Source: an uncultured SAR86 cluster bacterium (GTDB lineage: Bacteria; Pseudomonadota; Gammaproteobacteria; Magnimaribacterales; D2472). From it: a stretch of 64,000 bases of DNA. The stretch is taken from contig CABYCL010000001.1 of the NCBI GenBank assembly GCA_902517505.1, positions 3,038-67,037 on the forward strand, read 5' to 3'. How positions within the stretch are numbered: the first letter of the stretch is position 1; each line of letters opens with the position of its first letter. The position numbers and the translations under genes were made by a program. The notes beneath the pieces are model-generated. The model saw only the letters and a list, made by a program, of their open reading frames with translations, made no database searches and had not been told where the DNA came from. Below, in pieces: positions 63,998-64,000 of this stretch.

Positions 63998-64000
63998 AAA

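Overview
An AT-rich (roughly 30% GC by eye, not computed), very compact chromosomal region of a streamlined marine gammaproteobacterium. Gene content, tiny or overlapping intergenic spaces and Pseudomonadales-like gene order point to the SAR86 clade (inference). Most of it is core genome: tRNA-Phe, rppH-lgt-thyA-folA, a TtpB-TtpC-ExbB-ExbD-TonB-TtpD energiser, efp-argS-SPOR-yggS-proC-yggT-metX-metW-rdgB, trmB, rpoH, lipBA and uvrD. It also carries peptidases, phosphatases, a split TRAP transporter, and lipid and lysine catabolism genes. Family calls come from motif recognition, with no database search. Highlights: (1) a 1.1-kb single-gene cassette at tRNA-Phe with no integrase, bounded by a perfect 48-bp repeat of the tRNA 3' half and carrying an array of TAACACA motifs resembling recombinase arm sites; (2) a T4-phage-type thymidylate synthase in the normal host lgt-thyA-folA slot, plus a marine-myophage-type MazG; (3) an uncharacterised exported beta-helix/diheme cytochrome c pair whose first gene appears to start at ATT; (4) a lysine 6-dehydrogenase/ALDH7 pair beside an orphan heme N-demethylase subunit, with an 18-bp perfect palindrome between them; (5) two small translationally coupled genes missed by the ORF track. 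No CRISPR array, rRNA, integrase or transposase was seen.
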